Source: Ramazzottius varieornatus (Eukaryota; Animalia; Tardigrada). From it: a DNA stretch of 64,000 bases. The notes under the pieces are model-generated. The model saw nothing but the letters and a program-made list of their open reading frames with translations. It did no database searches and had not been told where the DNA came from. The stretch is from NCBI GenBank assembly GCA_001949185.1, contig BDGG01000002.1:7802448-7866447 (forward strand), read 5' to 3'. A program made the position numbers and the translations under genes. Positions 37,710-53,689 of the stretch are shown here, piece after piece; position 1 is the stretch's first letter, and the number at the start of each line of letters is the position of its first letter.

Positions 37710-37818
37710 GGGACGTCGCAATGATTTCAGCTCGAGTGGCGCACGTTTGCGATGTTAATGGCTGTGAGCGTGTGCCACTTGAGAAAACGATCTGGTTTAA
37801 CTCCTTTGTCCACGTCGC
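37710..37818. repeat. Palindromic element copy 14 (single core), between the I-Smad and Dymeclin 3' ends
   Basis: GGGACGTCG..CTCGAGTGGCGCAC-N25-GTGTGCCACTTGAGAAAACGATC. Confidence 0.85.
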
Positions 37819-38082
37819 AGTTGATGGCAAGCCGTCTCGTACGTCCTTCCTGTACTAGCTCAAAGACACAGATGTTTCTCTTCCCAACTTATTCATTCAA
37901 AACCTAATCAAACAACTCGAAACCCGGTTAGCCACTGGCGAACTGCGCTGTGATGCTAAGCATCCACAGGAACAACGCGAATCTGAATTAATCAAAAATA
38001 CAGGGATGGAAACTGAGGCTATTGGCAGCGAATATAATGTGTTCGAACTGGACTCGGATAAATCATGCATGTAAAAAATAAT

Positions 38083-41000
38083 CTAGACGGGTACAACCAC
38101 CGTTTCTTCCGGCGTCAACGGAGTTTGCGGTTTGATGCTTCCATCATCACCAGCTGCCATCTCACCTTCTAGCTCATCTTCAACGACATTCAAGGCATTA
38201 AAAATACAAATCTTTTCAGCATTCCAGTGAATGGTCGATGCACCGTAGACCAGCGTCCAACAATACGGAAGGAAGAACTCTTCCGGGTGCTCTTCTTCCA
38301 CGTAGCGGAACTTCAGGTTCGGTAACTTTTTCAATCTCTGCACGCTAAAGTTCATCGACTGCTGCTTGATGATATCGAAAACTTGCTCCACCGTCATATT
38401 CTGATCGTTCTTGTCCATCTTCGACGCGAAATGCGCGAGGACCTGGAAAGCCAAAGGAAGACATCGTTATTCAATCAAATCAAGCCAGCGACGCAAACCT
38501 ACATACACCATCATGCGTATTTTACATGACTTGCTGTCTGTAGGTGCGTGAAACCATTCTTCAAGCCTTGGCTCCTTTTCAGAATATCGTCATTCCGCTC
38601 AACCAGACTACTCACAGTTTCAATGTTATGGACGACTTCCTGGAAGTTCGGATAGGATCGAAATCTTTCGAACAGCTGCTTCTTGTACAGCAAGGAATGC
38701 ACCAGATTAGCGTTGGAAGGTAACTCATGGTAGAGGATACCATTCACAATTTCCAATATCATTCTGAGCACTTCCTCGTGGATGGAAATTTCCAGCGTCT
38801 GCAACGAAGAAATTTTGGTTGAGTGAGGGAAGGACGGATGGTTGAAGTTTGAGGGAAGACATACCAGTTCGGGGTTGACGCTCTGCTGGTCCGCCTTCTC
38901 CGACCACTGCCTGTAATCCTCACTGAGCTTCCGATGACGCTTGGAGAGCTGCTCGAAGAGCGTGATCAAGCGCTGACAGGCCATGACGTGAAGGTTCTTG
39001 GTGTCTCCGGCCATGTTAGCCAAAGCTGCCAGGCAGTTGTTGTGGAGGTACTTGTCCTTTATCTTGGTGATGTTCATCTGGATGACGCGGGTTACAACCA
39101 AAACGATCAAGCTACCCAGCGGCATCGGCGGAAGGTTGCGCTCTTTGTACCACCTTATATTCTTCACTTGCTGCAACAACAAAAACAACTTCAAATTTCC
39201 AAACATTTTTTCGGATTATCTGGCACGTCGACAAACCCCATCACCCAGATCGTCCATGTCAAGTGGCGCACCATTTCATTGTTATCAACCGAGAGTGTGC
39301 GCCACTTGGAAAAGCGGTCTCGTGGAGTCCCGAAGTGGCGCACGATTTCATTGTTATTGACCGGGCGCGTGCGTCACATGGGGAAAAATCTGAGTGCATT
39401 CGTTTACCGACGATCCAGATTAGTTAACCCATTATTATATCGCTTTTTTCCAGGTTTACCACTTATGGAAGAGTAAATCCTACCAGTTCGTGGATGGTCT
39501 TTGTGAAGAATTCATCTTCGCTGAGGATCAGTAAAATGATCAGCAGCATGTAGACGTGATGTGAGCTTGCTGTAGGTGCGTTGTACAGCATTTCTAACAT
39601 CGGCAAAATCAGCAAGTCGATGTTCGTCTTGGACAGGATGTAGACATTGAAGTCCTTGTTACGGTGAAGGAGGTAGTAAAAGAGAAGGGAGACTTCCTCT
39701 CGACGAAGGTGCTCGCACACGCGAGTGTACAGTTGCGAGAAAGGCAGGGCGTTGCTCTGATTCGAAGCATACGCTGGATCTGTCGATAAACAGAAAACAC
39801 ATTCCTAACTGAATTCCACGACATGCGATAACAGATTGGAGCTCGGTAAACGAACCCGACACAGGACTGCTTTCCCAAGTAGCGCACATAGTCAGTATTA
39901 TTAGCTGAAAGCGTGCGCCGCTAAGCAAAACAATCTGGGCGGATTTATCAGCCGAGTTCCAGATGGACCCCAGAAGTCACCTTCAGCATTCCCAAAAGTG
40001 AAGAGCGCGTTGCGTACTGGATTGTCCACCTGAGTGCCGTTGTTACACAGCAAAAGCAGGAGGAAGATGGACTGCAAAGCCATAATGGATTCGGGTTCCG
40101 GAGGATATCGGTAGTTTTTCAGTGTGAGAGCATTCCACAAGCCAGCTGAAAGTGGAAGAACAATTCGTCAACGGCAGATATGATAGGTGGTGCATCAAAC
40201 GACGTAACCTTACATGCAAGACCGAGGACGATGCTGCCATGAAGGTTGCTCTGCAGCAAATACCCCGGTGCTTTAGGCTGTTGGATAAAGTTAATCAGTA
40301 ATCGCGATACCAATGTAGGTGCCACCGAAGTCCTAGAGAAAAACATGGGTAAAGCTCAGCTAAGTAAAGGCGACACACAGGAGAGAGAAAAGGTTCGGTC
40401 ATACATTGCGGTGCCGACAAGCAGATCGGACACTGGCGACTCGGACTCTACATCCGGTCTGTAGATCCTGACGGACAGCAGGACGATCAGCGAGTTGATA
40501 GCTTCCATTTCGTACAGATAGTACGGGTCACTATGGAAGAGAGAAGCAGACAGTTACAGATGCAACTATTGAGGCACATTTTCGAAAGGGTCGTGAATGT
40601 ACCCGACGGATGATTTTATCAACAGGTCGACGAGGGCGTTCGTGTAAGACACGAGCGTCTTGGTCGATATAGCTTCCCCGTTGGTGAAGCTTTGGTTTGC
40701 ATGCCCAGATGGATTTTGTGGTGCAGGAGCAACGCTGTTCACCGGTGTTAAGGGAGGAACTGGTCCAGTACCGTTGGTGAGAGGTGGACCGGAAGAGGAT
40801 GGAAGGGCTGCAGGAACGCTGCTTCCGTTGGATAGTACGTTTGGAACGTGCGGAAGGGTGTTTACAGGTTCCGACACGGTAGTGATGTCCGATCTTTCGA
40901 ATGTTCGCTCGATGTCCTTCTCGTCCAGGTTCTGGATGAAGAACTTGTTGATGAAGCGGATGAGGAACATCGCGTTGGACATGGGCCAACTGAACGACCT

Positions 41001-41607
41001 GTAGAAAGAACATATAAGCCACCTGAGATGAATCGCGCATTACGTCATCAGACGATGCAGTAAGTATGTGAAAGCCTGCAACAATTCAACCTCGATCGGT
41101 GACATCACAAGCGTTTGAGCGGAGCGAACAATTCTACAGGTCGCTGCACAGCAAAACAATCAAAGGCAAGTTAAATCTGAATAATTATTCGGGGAATCAT
41201 TCCAGCACGCTTTCTCGTTTCGTTCAAAGACAGCCGCCGAACTTACTTGTGTAATCCTTCGTAAACTTGCTGTTCTTTCAGTGATACGAACTTCCGTACG
41301 AGGATGGAGAAGTTACCCGTAGCTTCATCGTTGATGACGAATTCTTTGAGTAGTGGCAGGACGGCATCTTCGATGGTTCCATAATCTTGACTGTGAGCAA
41401 AAGCACTTCGTCAGTACCGTGACTGTACTTTGTCTCTGTTGTAGGAGGAAGAAGCTGCTAGATGTACCTGGACATCGGCGGATAAAACTTGTACGACAGC
41501 ATCCGATCCCAAAAGTCGCTCTCGATCGGAATATGCTCCGTGCCGACCAGCCTCTTAAGAAACTCGTTCTTGTTAAGATCCTTGACGCTGCTGCTGGCGT
41601 TCCCCAT
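38083..41607 (-). CDS. DYM: Dymeclin
   Basis: Myristoylation-type start MGNASSS..NEFLKRLVG..DFWDRMLSY; SHHVYMLLIILLILSED; DKYLHNNCLAALANM; LKFRYVEEEHPEEFFLPYCWTLVY. Confidence 0.95.
39222..39416. repeat. Palindromic element copy 15 (two cores, period 72), Dymeclin intron
   Basis: Cores at 39262 and 39334; CGTCGACAAAC / GTTTACCGACG ends. Confidence 0.88.
39838..39960. repeat. Palindromic element copy 16 (single core), Dymeclin intron
   Basis: GGAGCTCGG...CCAAGTAGCGCAC-N25-GTGCGCCGCT...CCGAGTTCC. Confidence 0.85.
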
Positions 41608-42893
41608 TTCGGCTACGATCTTCTCAAGCGATGAACTTCCGACCAATCTGAAAAGTACGTAAGAACAGTGTTGTTACATGGTCAAAGTGTCAGTCAAAAT
41701 TGTGGCTGGTAAACTCCGTTTTCCTCTTTCGAAACAGCTGACGGCGCTTTCTGCTCACATCGCTGACTCGCTATGCTGCTCCTTTACTCCTCACTCGCAA
41801 AATCTGCTCTTCCCGGACCAACGCAAGGTGGACGATTAGAAGGTTAGTCGCTACTTCGCACCATCGAACTTAGAAATTCATTTATTCTCGAATACGTGGA
41901 CGACTGCCACGGTTGAACTACTGAACCACAACAAACGTTTGTCTTGATTGATACCTGTATCACACATACTCAGTAACCACAATACTGCAGGCATTTCTAG
42001 CTGCGCATCCATATTCCATGCAGAATCCGAGGCAAGTTAACTCCAACTCAAGTCCCTAACATCCTTCGCTACTCGCTAGCATCATTTTCCATGGTCTACC
42101 TTGAATGACTTTCCATTGTAGATCATATCCTTCTTTAATCAGAAAGCTTACAGCACGGGCGGGGAAGAAGAGCAGACGAGAGGAAAGCGATGCTGGTCCA
42201 TCGCTTCCGGTTCCACACGCAACCATCTGCAGGTGGCGCTGTGACAGTTGAAGATCCAGGCTGCTCTTTCCGCCTTAGCTCACCACCACCACTAGCTTCC
42301 AACCATTGTTCGGTGAAAGCAAACAACGGGATTCAAGTGTTTCAAGCGGACGAGTATCTCATATTTACAGTAAGAGCTCAAATTTATGCAGTGTTGAACC
42401 CAAGACGAGGGTAATCTGACTTGACACTATGGCTTGCAGCGACCTTCGCAGAGCACACAACCATCATCGGTTTCCCAACCATCGTATCTGTTGACATGAT
42501 GTCAAGGCTGACTGTAATTGCGATGGTGGAACGAGGTAACAATGACCAGCCGAGAACCATTATCCGGAAAGCAAAGCCCATCGTCCAAGAAGGTGATGCA
42601 TGGTTCCGCGAGGACCTCGATCAGGCCGAAGGTTTCTCACGTACCACCCTTACATATTGTCGCACATGGGTATCATAAACCTTTCATATTAACTTTTTTG
42701 TCAACTTGTACTACGGGTCTACAGTTTATCCAGTTTCACAGGTGTGTCAACAGTCTACTCACAGCTAAAGAGAAGGTCCCTATAAAGTCAAACTTGAATC
42801 TGTCGGGGCCTCATTCAACAGTGAGTACCTCTAGCTTTTGTCTCAAACGCTTGCCATGTTGACCCATCACAGCTCTCTTTGAAAGGTTCTACC

Positions 42894-44735
42894 ATGTTTT
42901 GGAATATCATTCTTCCCGTCATATTCTTCTTGATCTCATGCTCCGACTGCGGTGAGTCTCTTGGTTCCGTTGCATGAGCTCCAGTCTGATCGCATATGAT
43001 ATTCAACAGGTAAAGCGAATGCCAAACGAGGAAGTCGCCATGACTCAGGCAAACTCTTAGCCACCCTCTGCCATTATTATTCTGATGCGTCGATGGGCTG
43101 CAAGGAATGCTTCGAGGTCGCCCGAACACATCGCTCCAACCACAACTCGACGCTACTTCCGCCTTGCAAAAGTACTCAGGGAATAAAAAGGAGAAACTGG
43201 ACGCTTGATGAAGGTACGAGACGGTTTTTAATCTGTGGCCGAATTTGTCAATTACAGTTCCCGTTCTGCGAAGCCTACAAACGAATTGCTTTCCTTAGAG
43301 ATGTTCTGTTGGCATTGTATTGATATCTTAAAATTTCAGGAATTATAACGAATGGTGTGATCGATGTGAACGCCACAAAGCGACTGACACTCGCATCGTG
43401 TGCCTTCTACGCAAACAAGACCTTCACCTGTGTTTCCACCCGCCCTTTGTGTAACAATGCCACTGACGTTGAATGTGGCGCCAACACCTCGTGGAGTAGT
43501 CGATATGAAGGATCCATAAATGATGGTAAGATCGATGACAGGTAACCCTTGCACTTTGCTCATAACTTCTAATTAAATGACATCTGGGACGGATGGCAAA
43601 TGATGTGCACCAAATCGTTCGCCCAAATGGCCCACACGTCGAGCCACTGGCACTGGAAATGTGCGCCACTAAAGGTGACGATATGGTGCAGTTCATTGCC
43701 CACGCCCCATCTCAGATGGCGCACGCGTACACCAGAGTCGGCTGGAAGTATGCGCCACTTGGGGAAAACTATGTATTCAACTCATTTGCACGTCATCTCG
43801 TTCGCTCTGTGTTACTGACAGGTTTCCGACGAATCGGCCTGAGCAGTATACACGGCGTCAAGATCCCATCTACTACCGCATGGACCACCAAAGGCAGTTG
43901 GACAACCTCTTCCCCTCTCTCCAACACCGACATTCCTCCCGGAAACTCCTCCTCGTCCTCGGTAAAGAAGGAGCTCGACAGCTCAACATCTAGTACACCC
44001 TTCACATTCGCCAGTTCCTCTTCACCCAAGCCTTCCAAGCCCACCAAAAGCACCACAATGCCCACCCACATGCTCGGGCAAGCTGCCGACTCGGCCAACG
44101 AGATCCATAAAATCCCCATCCTGGAAGTCTCCAGCCCTTCTCCCAGCAGCACCACCAAAGTCAACATGGTCCTGGAAATGGGAAGTTCCAACAAGAACGG
44201 ATCCCAGCCGAAGAAACCTTCCACGCTGGTGAACACTCAAGCTCAAGTCGTTGACGCCAATGAGTTCACCGAGAACTGCACCGAGACCTCGTGTACCATC
44301 TTCGCCGATAACTCCAACCACACAAGTACGCATCTGAATGTCTCGGCGACCAATCTTCGTGAAAGCTCGGCCTTGACGGCCGCAGACAACATCACAACCA
44401 GCACGAACTCGACCGCCGGAAATGAGACGGTGATTTCAGCTGTACCGACAGCCAACAACGCAAGTTCGACCTACTATGCTTCTTATGGCTCTACGAAGCT
44501 CTTCGCAACGACTTCGCTGCCTTCCAGTCTCGCTAACGTTGAGCGAATCGAGTTGGTGACTTCTAGCAGTCAGCGTACTCTCAGCTCGTCGACTGGGCGA
44601 ACTGAAACGTCATTGACTTCTTCAAGGTCGACGATAACCACGCTGCAGCCGCCAGCTGTCCATACCTTCAGCACCAGCCGAAGTAGCGTCAAGCCGGAAC
44701 CTCGAAAGCGCGTTTCCCTTCGACGAATGTACTAA
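42894..44735 (+). CDS. Secreted protein with a Cys-containing N-terminal domain and a Ser/Thr-rich mucin-like C-terminus
   Basis: Exons 42894-42951 (signal MFWNIILPVIFFLISCSDC), ~43010-43213, ~43340-43525 and 43822-44735, all joined in phase 1. Many NxS/T sequons. Confidence 0.75.
43586..43799. repeat. Palindromic element copy 17 (two cores, period 89), mucin-like gene intron
   Basis: Cores at ~43626 and ~43715 with 25-nt spacers in opposite orientations. Confidence 0.82.
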
Positions 44736-45279
44736 ATAAGCTGAGTTAGCGCGAACTCGATTGTCCTCGTGACAAATTTCCTCATTGATTTTTCCGCTGG
44801 TTGGTGTTTTGTAATATTGTAATTCAAATATGGGATAAGATGAGCTGTCGTTTCGGGAAAACAAAAACACACAACTGTAACGAAGTTAAGGCGAGAACTA
44901 CGGGACGCAAAAAGTCATGTCATGAAGGTAAAGTAACAGGTAACAAAAGTTCAAATGAATTATGAAATGATGCGGGTTGCTTCACCCGGTTGCGGTACCG
45001 AAAGCCAGCAAAATGCTGCGGAATGCCCAAAACATGGAAATAAAGGAGGTGAGGAAACCAACGGTAAAACTTCAGATCTAAGTAAGACAATCAAACGTGT
45101 GCGTCAACAAACTTCCAAGGCCATAAACGATCCGTAAACAGATTTCCAGGAAAGTCCGGAAAATAGCACGGCAATAAGAGCTAAATTCTGTACAGTATAA
45201 TCTTCGGAATGGCAAGGAACTCTTGGACGGTTCAGGTCATACTTCTTCTTTCGCAATACAGCTTTATCTCTGTAAGCCT

Positions 45280-47807
<2,528 letters not shown>

Positions 47808-48903
47808 CCTTGATGGTTGTTCGGCTACAATTCACGAAGAAGCACTGCAAAGTACAGATACCAGTCATATCTCCAGTCGGTCCAAATGTCCACCGTTAAG
47901 TCAGCATCAACTCACCGGCGCAGGGGTGAAGATACTTCGGTGATGGCAGGAATTGTTGTCAGTTTGTCCCAAGCCCACACGTGAGCAACGTACACAGACA
48001 GGGAATGGAAACGTGCGATTTTAGAGATGGGAAAGCTCAGGAGTCAAAATATTCTCATCCTGTCCTAGCAGGATCTCCGCGAAGATGTGAGTGGAATCAG
48101 TGGATTATGAATGACGGCATTCCGTGAATGATCTCAACGATTTGGCACCGGGAACTTCTCTTGTTCGATTTGTTCCTTCCAGGTCAAAACAGGTTGAGCA
48201 AATCTGGCTGCCTTGTCCAACCGGCCATCATGATACAATTCTGCCTACACTGCAGGCCTCAAGTTCCCTCAAAATTCTCTTGCTGTCCCATGACGTCACC
48301 GTGCTGGACTACGGCCCACAGCAAACTCCGGATATTCCGGAGTTTGCCGTCCTTCATCAAATCTTCCTTCTTACAGAGGATTCTTATTGTTGTCTTTCTC
48401 ACATACAGTTTTACCTCCGAGATGTGTCAATTGCTTTAATTTGACCGTGATATGCGAATCACAGTGTGGTGACCAAACACATGGCAGGCCACTAAAAGAA
48501 CTGAATAAATGCAAGTAATTACTTGATTCGTGGTAACCGTGCTGAATGGCTCGCCATATTTCGTTTGTTTTGGTCTACCGTGTAGTAAACAGATGGGTCA
48601 TCGCAAAACAAAATCTAGCGTTTGAATTGACACATCTGGGAGGTAGAACTGTATGTCTCACATTGTCACAGCGTATACTTAAGTGTGCTTTCATTCCAGG
48701 GTTCCAGAAGTTTACACCTAACTTGGAATCATATCAGAGATGCCATCATAGATGCAGTCGAAGCGGAAACAGAAGGCATCTAACGCGTCTTCTTCTATAG
48801 GTAACTTCCCTACACAACCACACTATTTTGCGCTCTCAACGCCGCTCTTTAGAAGCTACCGGTCAGAGCAGAATTCAACCTGAAAACTACAGTAAAGGGG
48901 CGT

Positions 48904-51513
48904 TCAGCTCAGAGCTTGAGATATACCTTGGTCGATTTCATCTTCTTCGCCTTCTGAATCGCCGGCGGCAAAATTCTTATTGAACCTATCCTTAGATATC
49001 TGAAAGGCAGCAGAAGAGAATAATCTAGGATCCATTGCGAAAAGAGACAGACCACCATGCTAATTACCTTTTTCAAGCGAAGTTTCTTGATAAGCCGCAG
49101 ATCACTGGCTAGGTCCTCCAGCTCGTCTTCCTTGAAGTCCTCCGTTTTCTTCTTTCTCTGTATCACCTTGACCAGCCTTCTTTCCTTCGTATGCAACCGC
49201 TTGGCCTTGGCTATCGAGAAAGCTTCGGTTCTTGTCTTGAAAGGCTTCTCTTTCGGAGGTTTCAGCGCGTTTTCCCTTCGTTGTTTCTCGCGAGACTTAT
49301 CTTTGTAATGCAGGTTACGAATGTCAACTTCCGTCTCTTGGAACTTGTCGGAGACTTGGTAGTCCTTTAGCTCAGGCATCCTCGGAAGCTTCAGCAAACC
49401 GAAACCTGTCGCTAGAGCACCCAGGTCCAGATCGTATGTCCGGCAGATAATGCTGCATTCGTGCTGACCGTAGGCTCGAACGTAGGACACGAAGGCGCGA
49501 ACACCCTTCTCGAACATGGCTTTGTCTTTCAAGGCGAGCTTCTTAAGTCTTTCGGAGGTGTTCACTTCCGGTGGGGAATTTGAAGAAGCGGACTGGAGCG
49601 TTATTTTGCCAAACGGAAGGAGCGAAACCTGAAAGAGAAAATAGCAGAAGCATTTTAGAAAACTTTCAGGAGGTCGGCGAACGAAACGTACAAGATGGTT
49701 ATCTCAAGTGGCGCAATTGTTCTTTGTTGAAGGATGGAAGGGTGCGCCGCTTGGGATGAAGATCTCGTACGTTCTCTTTGCCGGTCTCCCATTTCACAAA
49801 ACAATTGTAATTTTGGAGAAAACTCGGCTAGAAAAAATTAAAGGTTCGCACTATTCAATTCTGACTTATGATCAAAACTCACCTGCTGATTTCTTTTGAT
49901 GAACTCGACGTAAGGTTCTTCGTTCGGAAGTAAGTACAGTAAGGACCTTCCGACCTTCCCTCCTATCCTCGCTGTTCTGCCACATCGGTGAACATAGACT
50001 GCAGCCGACTTGGGAATGTCGTACTGGATGACCCAGTCGATATCCGGCCAGTCAATTCCTCGCGCGACGACATCCGTACAAACCAACACGCCTGACTTGA
50101 GCGCCGAGAACTCTTGGAAGATGGCTTGGCGCTTGTGCTTCAGTTTCCGATGTAACGAGAGGATCTTCCACTTCTTAAACACGTCTTCGAGAAGCGCACT
50201 GAAATAGTTGACGCAGTCACAGGTGGCGAAGAAAAGCAGGTGCTTGGACTGGCGGTGCGCGCGAAGGAAGGCGACAAGGTTATCCAGTTTGGTGTCTGCT
50301 GTCTGGATGGTGTAAAAACTGGTCAGACCTGTCGGTGTCCGAAGATGTTCCTTTTCTTGTACTTTGATGACTACTGGATTTCTCATTCCTAGAGCAGGAC
50401 AAAACAGAGTCAAAGCTGGGCACAGGCATAGTCTTCAAGCCGTGATTTGGCGACCTAGAGTCTTTGCAGTCGCAATACTCAGCGAACTGACGCATGACGT
50501 CATCGCGCAACGGAAAATATACTTTGACATGACAATGAGTTATGTGATGTGGTGTCATAAACGAACAACATCACTGCTATTAACAAGATTTTTTCAGGCC
50601 TTCTTTCGGCAGCGTCCTTGCGCCACGAGGTGCCTATAATCTTGTGGAAAACAGAAGAAGAAAAAATAGGTCACCTGTGCGGATAAGTTGCTTGAGTTCG
50701 GTAGTCTGCGTGGCGCTAAACATGCCAGTGCGCCGTTGTTTCGGCAGGTATGTCAGAATGGATGTAAGAGTCAACTCGAAGCCCATTTCCAGCAAACGAT
50801 CAGCTTCATCTAACACCAAAACTTCCAAGGCTTTCAGCGAGACACGAAGGTCATACTTCCCTTTAGTTGAGTGATTTTCCAAGAGGTCCAAGAAGCGTCC
50901 GGGTGTCGCCACGATGATGTGACCACCGTTGGCGCTGAAGTCTTCGACATCCTTGCTTGCTGAACGACCACCAATCCACGAAGAACAGCAGAAATCCGTG
51001 AACTTTAGAAGGCGGTTGAGGACTTCCGTCGTCTGTAAAGCGAGTTCACGGGTCGGACTGAGGATAACTGCGCCAATGTCGTGTTTCCGGAGTGGATCAG
51101 GACGACGATTCAGCATTTCCAAGACTGGAACGAGAAAGCTGATGGTCTTCCCACTGCCTGTCACGGCTTCTACGATAACATCTTTGTGATTCAGGAACTG
51201 CGGGATAGTAGCTGCCTAGAGAAAACAGAACATGAGCTATGACTTTGAGGAAGGAAGAGAACGATTACGATTTGACTCGACGGAAGCTAGGCTAAACAAT
51301 CGGTCCATCTCACACATGACGTCACGATATTATTCACAGACAGGTGGTAAACGCCTACAACCTCGGTATGCCTTGACGTCACACATTACTGAACACACTT
51401 ACCTGAACCGGAGTTAATTTGTTGAACCCGAATTCGTCGAGCAGAGCCTTCAAGAGATTGGCGTTGATCTTGAGGTCTGAGAAGAGCTTTGCTGGATCTT
51501 CCGAAAGAGCCAT
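48904..51513 (-). CDS. DDX55: DEAD-box RNA helicase DDX55 (Spb4)
   Basis: TPVQ|AATIP..EAVTGSGKT, SPTRELA, LVLDEADRLL, PKQRRTGMFSATQT, HRCGRTAR, RAFVSYVRAYGQHEC..FGLLKLPRMPELK. Confidence 0.95.
49668..49790. repeat. Palindromic element copy 19 (single core), DDX55 intron
   Basis: CGTACAAGAT..TCAAGTGGCGCAA-N25-GTGCGCCGCTTG..ATCTCGTACG..TTTGCCGGTCTCCC. Confidence 0.87.
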
Positions 51514-53689
51514 CTAATTCTGTCCTGCTGAAACGACGGGAGGATCGTCAAGGACGGTCCCCGGGATGAATCAAGATTCTAACCGGAGTGAAGAGTCGGA
51601 AGCAACCGGAAGTTGATATCAGGGGCAACCGCTTGGGCCCTTCAAACCAGGTGTAGGTTAGCAAGCCAGTCTGCAGTGGGAAACGATATAGCCTATATCG
51701 AACTTTCCGCTGCACTTGACTGACCGATTGCTTTTTCACTTGGGGCGGATAATTTAATGACACAAAAACTGTGAATTTTTCCAGTTACTGGTTTGATTCG
51801 TTAGTCCATTCAAGATCTTGGAATCAACGCAAATTCTTTCCGTCAACTGAGCCAGCAATGCCTTAATGTCGGGCAGTTTCAATGAAGAGAAACATAATGC
51901 CTCCCAAACACCATGAGACCAACGTAACGTATCACATTACAATACACAATCTAACGTCTGTAGAACGGCAGAAAATTTGATCACTGCAGAAGAATGAGAA
52001 AGATTTCTGAAGACTGCAAAATCTCGTTACAATGACACAGCAAATAGCCTTCCCTTTCTCTCTGTCAGCCCTTATCTGTGCTAAGTGATACTTCCACCTT
52101 CAAGCACAGCCACAGCTTTGTTGCGTTCTAAAACAAATGCAGGGAGTCCATCCCTTAATTGCTTTTCTCTTTCTCCTCAATTGCTTTTCTCTTCCTCCAG
52201 ACAGCGCTATTGTATTGTGTAGTCACCGCGGATGGAACATTCTCCCATCAGATTCAGGAGATCTCTCGAAGTACATTGGGTGAATGCAAACGCGGAACCA
52301 GGAAGTTCATTTTGTAACGGGTAGAAAGATTGTAACTCTCCTTACGGAATCGAACCTTTCAAGATCAGCGGTGTGTCACTGTAAAATTTTGCTGGCTCAC
52401 TCAAGTGCGGTCACAGTCTCTTCTAGACGAACAAATCGAAAACTCCGATGGGCAGCCCCACCGGCGGGTATCAGCGGATTTCTCAAATACACTTAACCAA
52501 AAAGGAATCCAATAGAGGATGCTTGACACGGTAAGCCAGTCCCGACTCATCAATGGTTGTATAGTGAACTTTTTGACCAGGCAGTACAATTTGCATTTCA
52601 GATGCGTCTTCAGAGCTGCACGACGAACTGCTCTACAGCAAAAAGCGCAGGCAACACTACCAGCCGCAGGACCAGAAAAGTTTTTTACACCATTTCCCAT
52701 CGTATCCAACGCGTTCGATCGTGTCAATACATCGCACTATATCTAACTTTTCCCGCATTTGCGCCTGGTGGTTTGCTTGACCAACCAAACCTGAAAATTG
52801 ACCACGAATCGCCAGCCAAAAGGATGTGAGACAGTACGATGGTTCTATGCTAATGTCGATCTTGTGGACAGAGGGAACGATGTCTCGCCAGTACTGAAGC
52901 GGAGATTCTGATGCGATCAGCAAATGGAAGCCGTGGCTGGTGTCGAGTCACGAGGCGGTGATACGTAGAGCTACTTGGTTGCGATGGTGCGTATCGTCCT
53001 GCAGTGGACCTCGTCTGATAACTGCTGCTGAACAGGAATATGACTACGGAAATACTACGACTGTCCTTGCGTGATCGGTGCAGTGAAAATTTAGAAAAGA
53101 TTCAGTATTTTGGAATCGCCGTGGGTCACTGCACAGTGTTTAAAATGCATTCCTACCGGCTGAGTATTTTGGATATTTTATCGATTAGAAAGACACGGAG
53201 GCATACTGTGGTCTTTTCGATACAACTACTAATCGAATTTTTGAGGCTGTGTGCATTTTGTACATTGCAGCACCGCCCTAGGTAGTCCCAGTGACTGCAA
53301 CCGTCGGACTGATGTTTTCTATTGGTTTCGATGCACTGATGTCATAGAGTGCTCCGCGTGGCATTCCGGGATCGTACTGGTTGATGGTGTGTGGCCGAGA
53401 TTGGAAGGAATACTGATCTATAAGTTACAAATGAGGTAGTTAACTGGGCACATTGAAACAGACACCAGGAACTTCTAAAACTCGTGATTTCCGGGTCTGA
53501 TGTCACGGAATATCGGTAATCCCACCCTGTCACTTGCTTCCAGCTTTTCCATCCTGCCGTTCCCACCCTATTCTTCCAGGATGGGAATTTCCACCTCTTG
53601 TATACCAGAGCCGTTCAGGGTGGTCGTTTTTCCACCATTGTCGGCCCTAGCCGACTCGCCCTTTAAATCCAGTCACAAAATCCCTGGCT

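Noticed and set aside
42100-42700. Short + strand ORFs upstream of the mucin-like gene
   Set aside because: The mucin-like gene has its own signal-peptide start at 42894, and these ORFs show no identifiable homology
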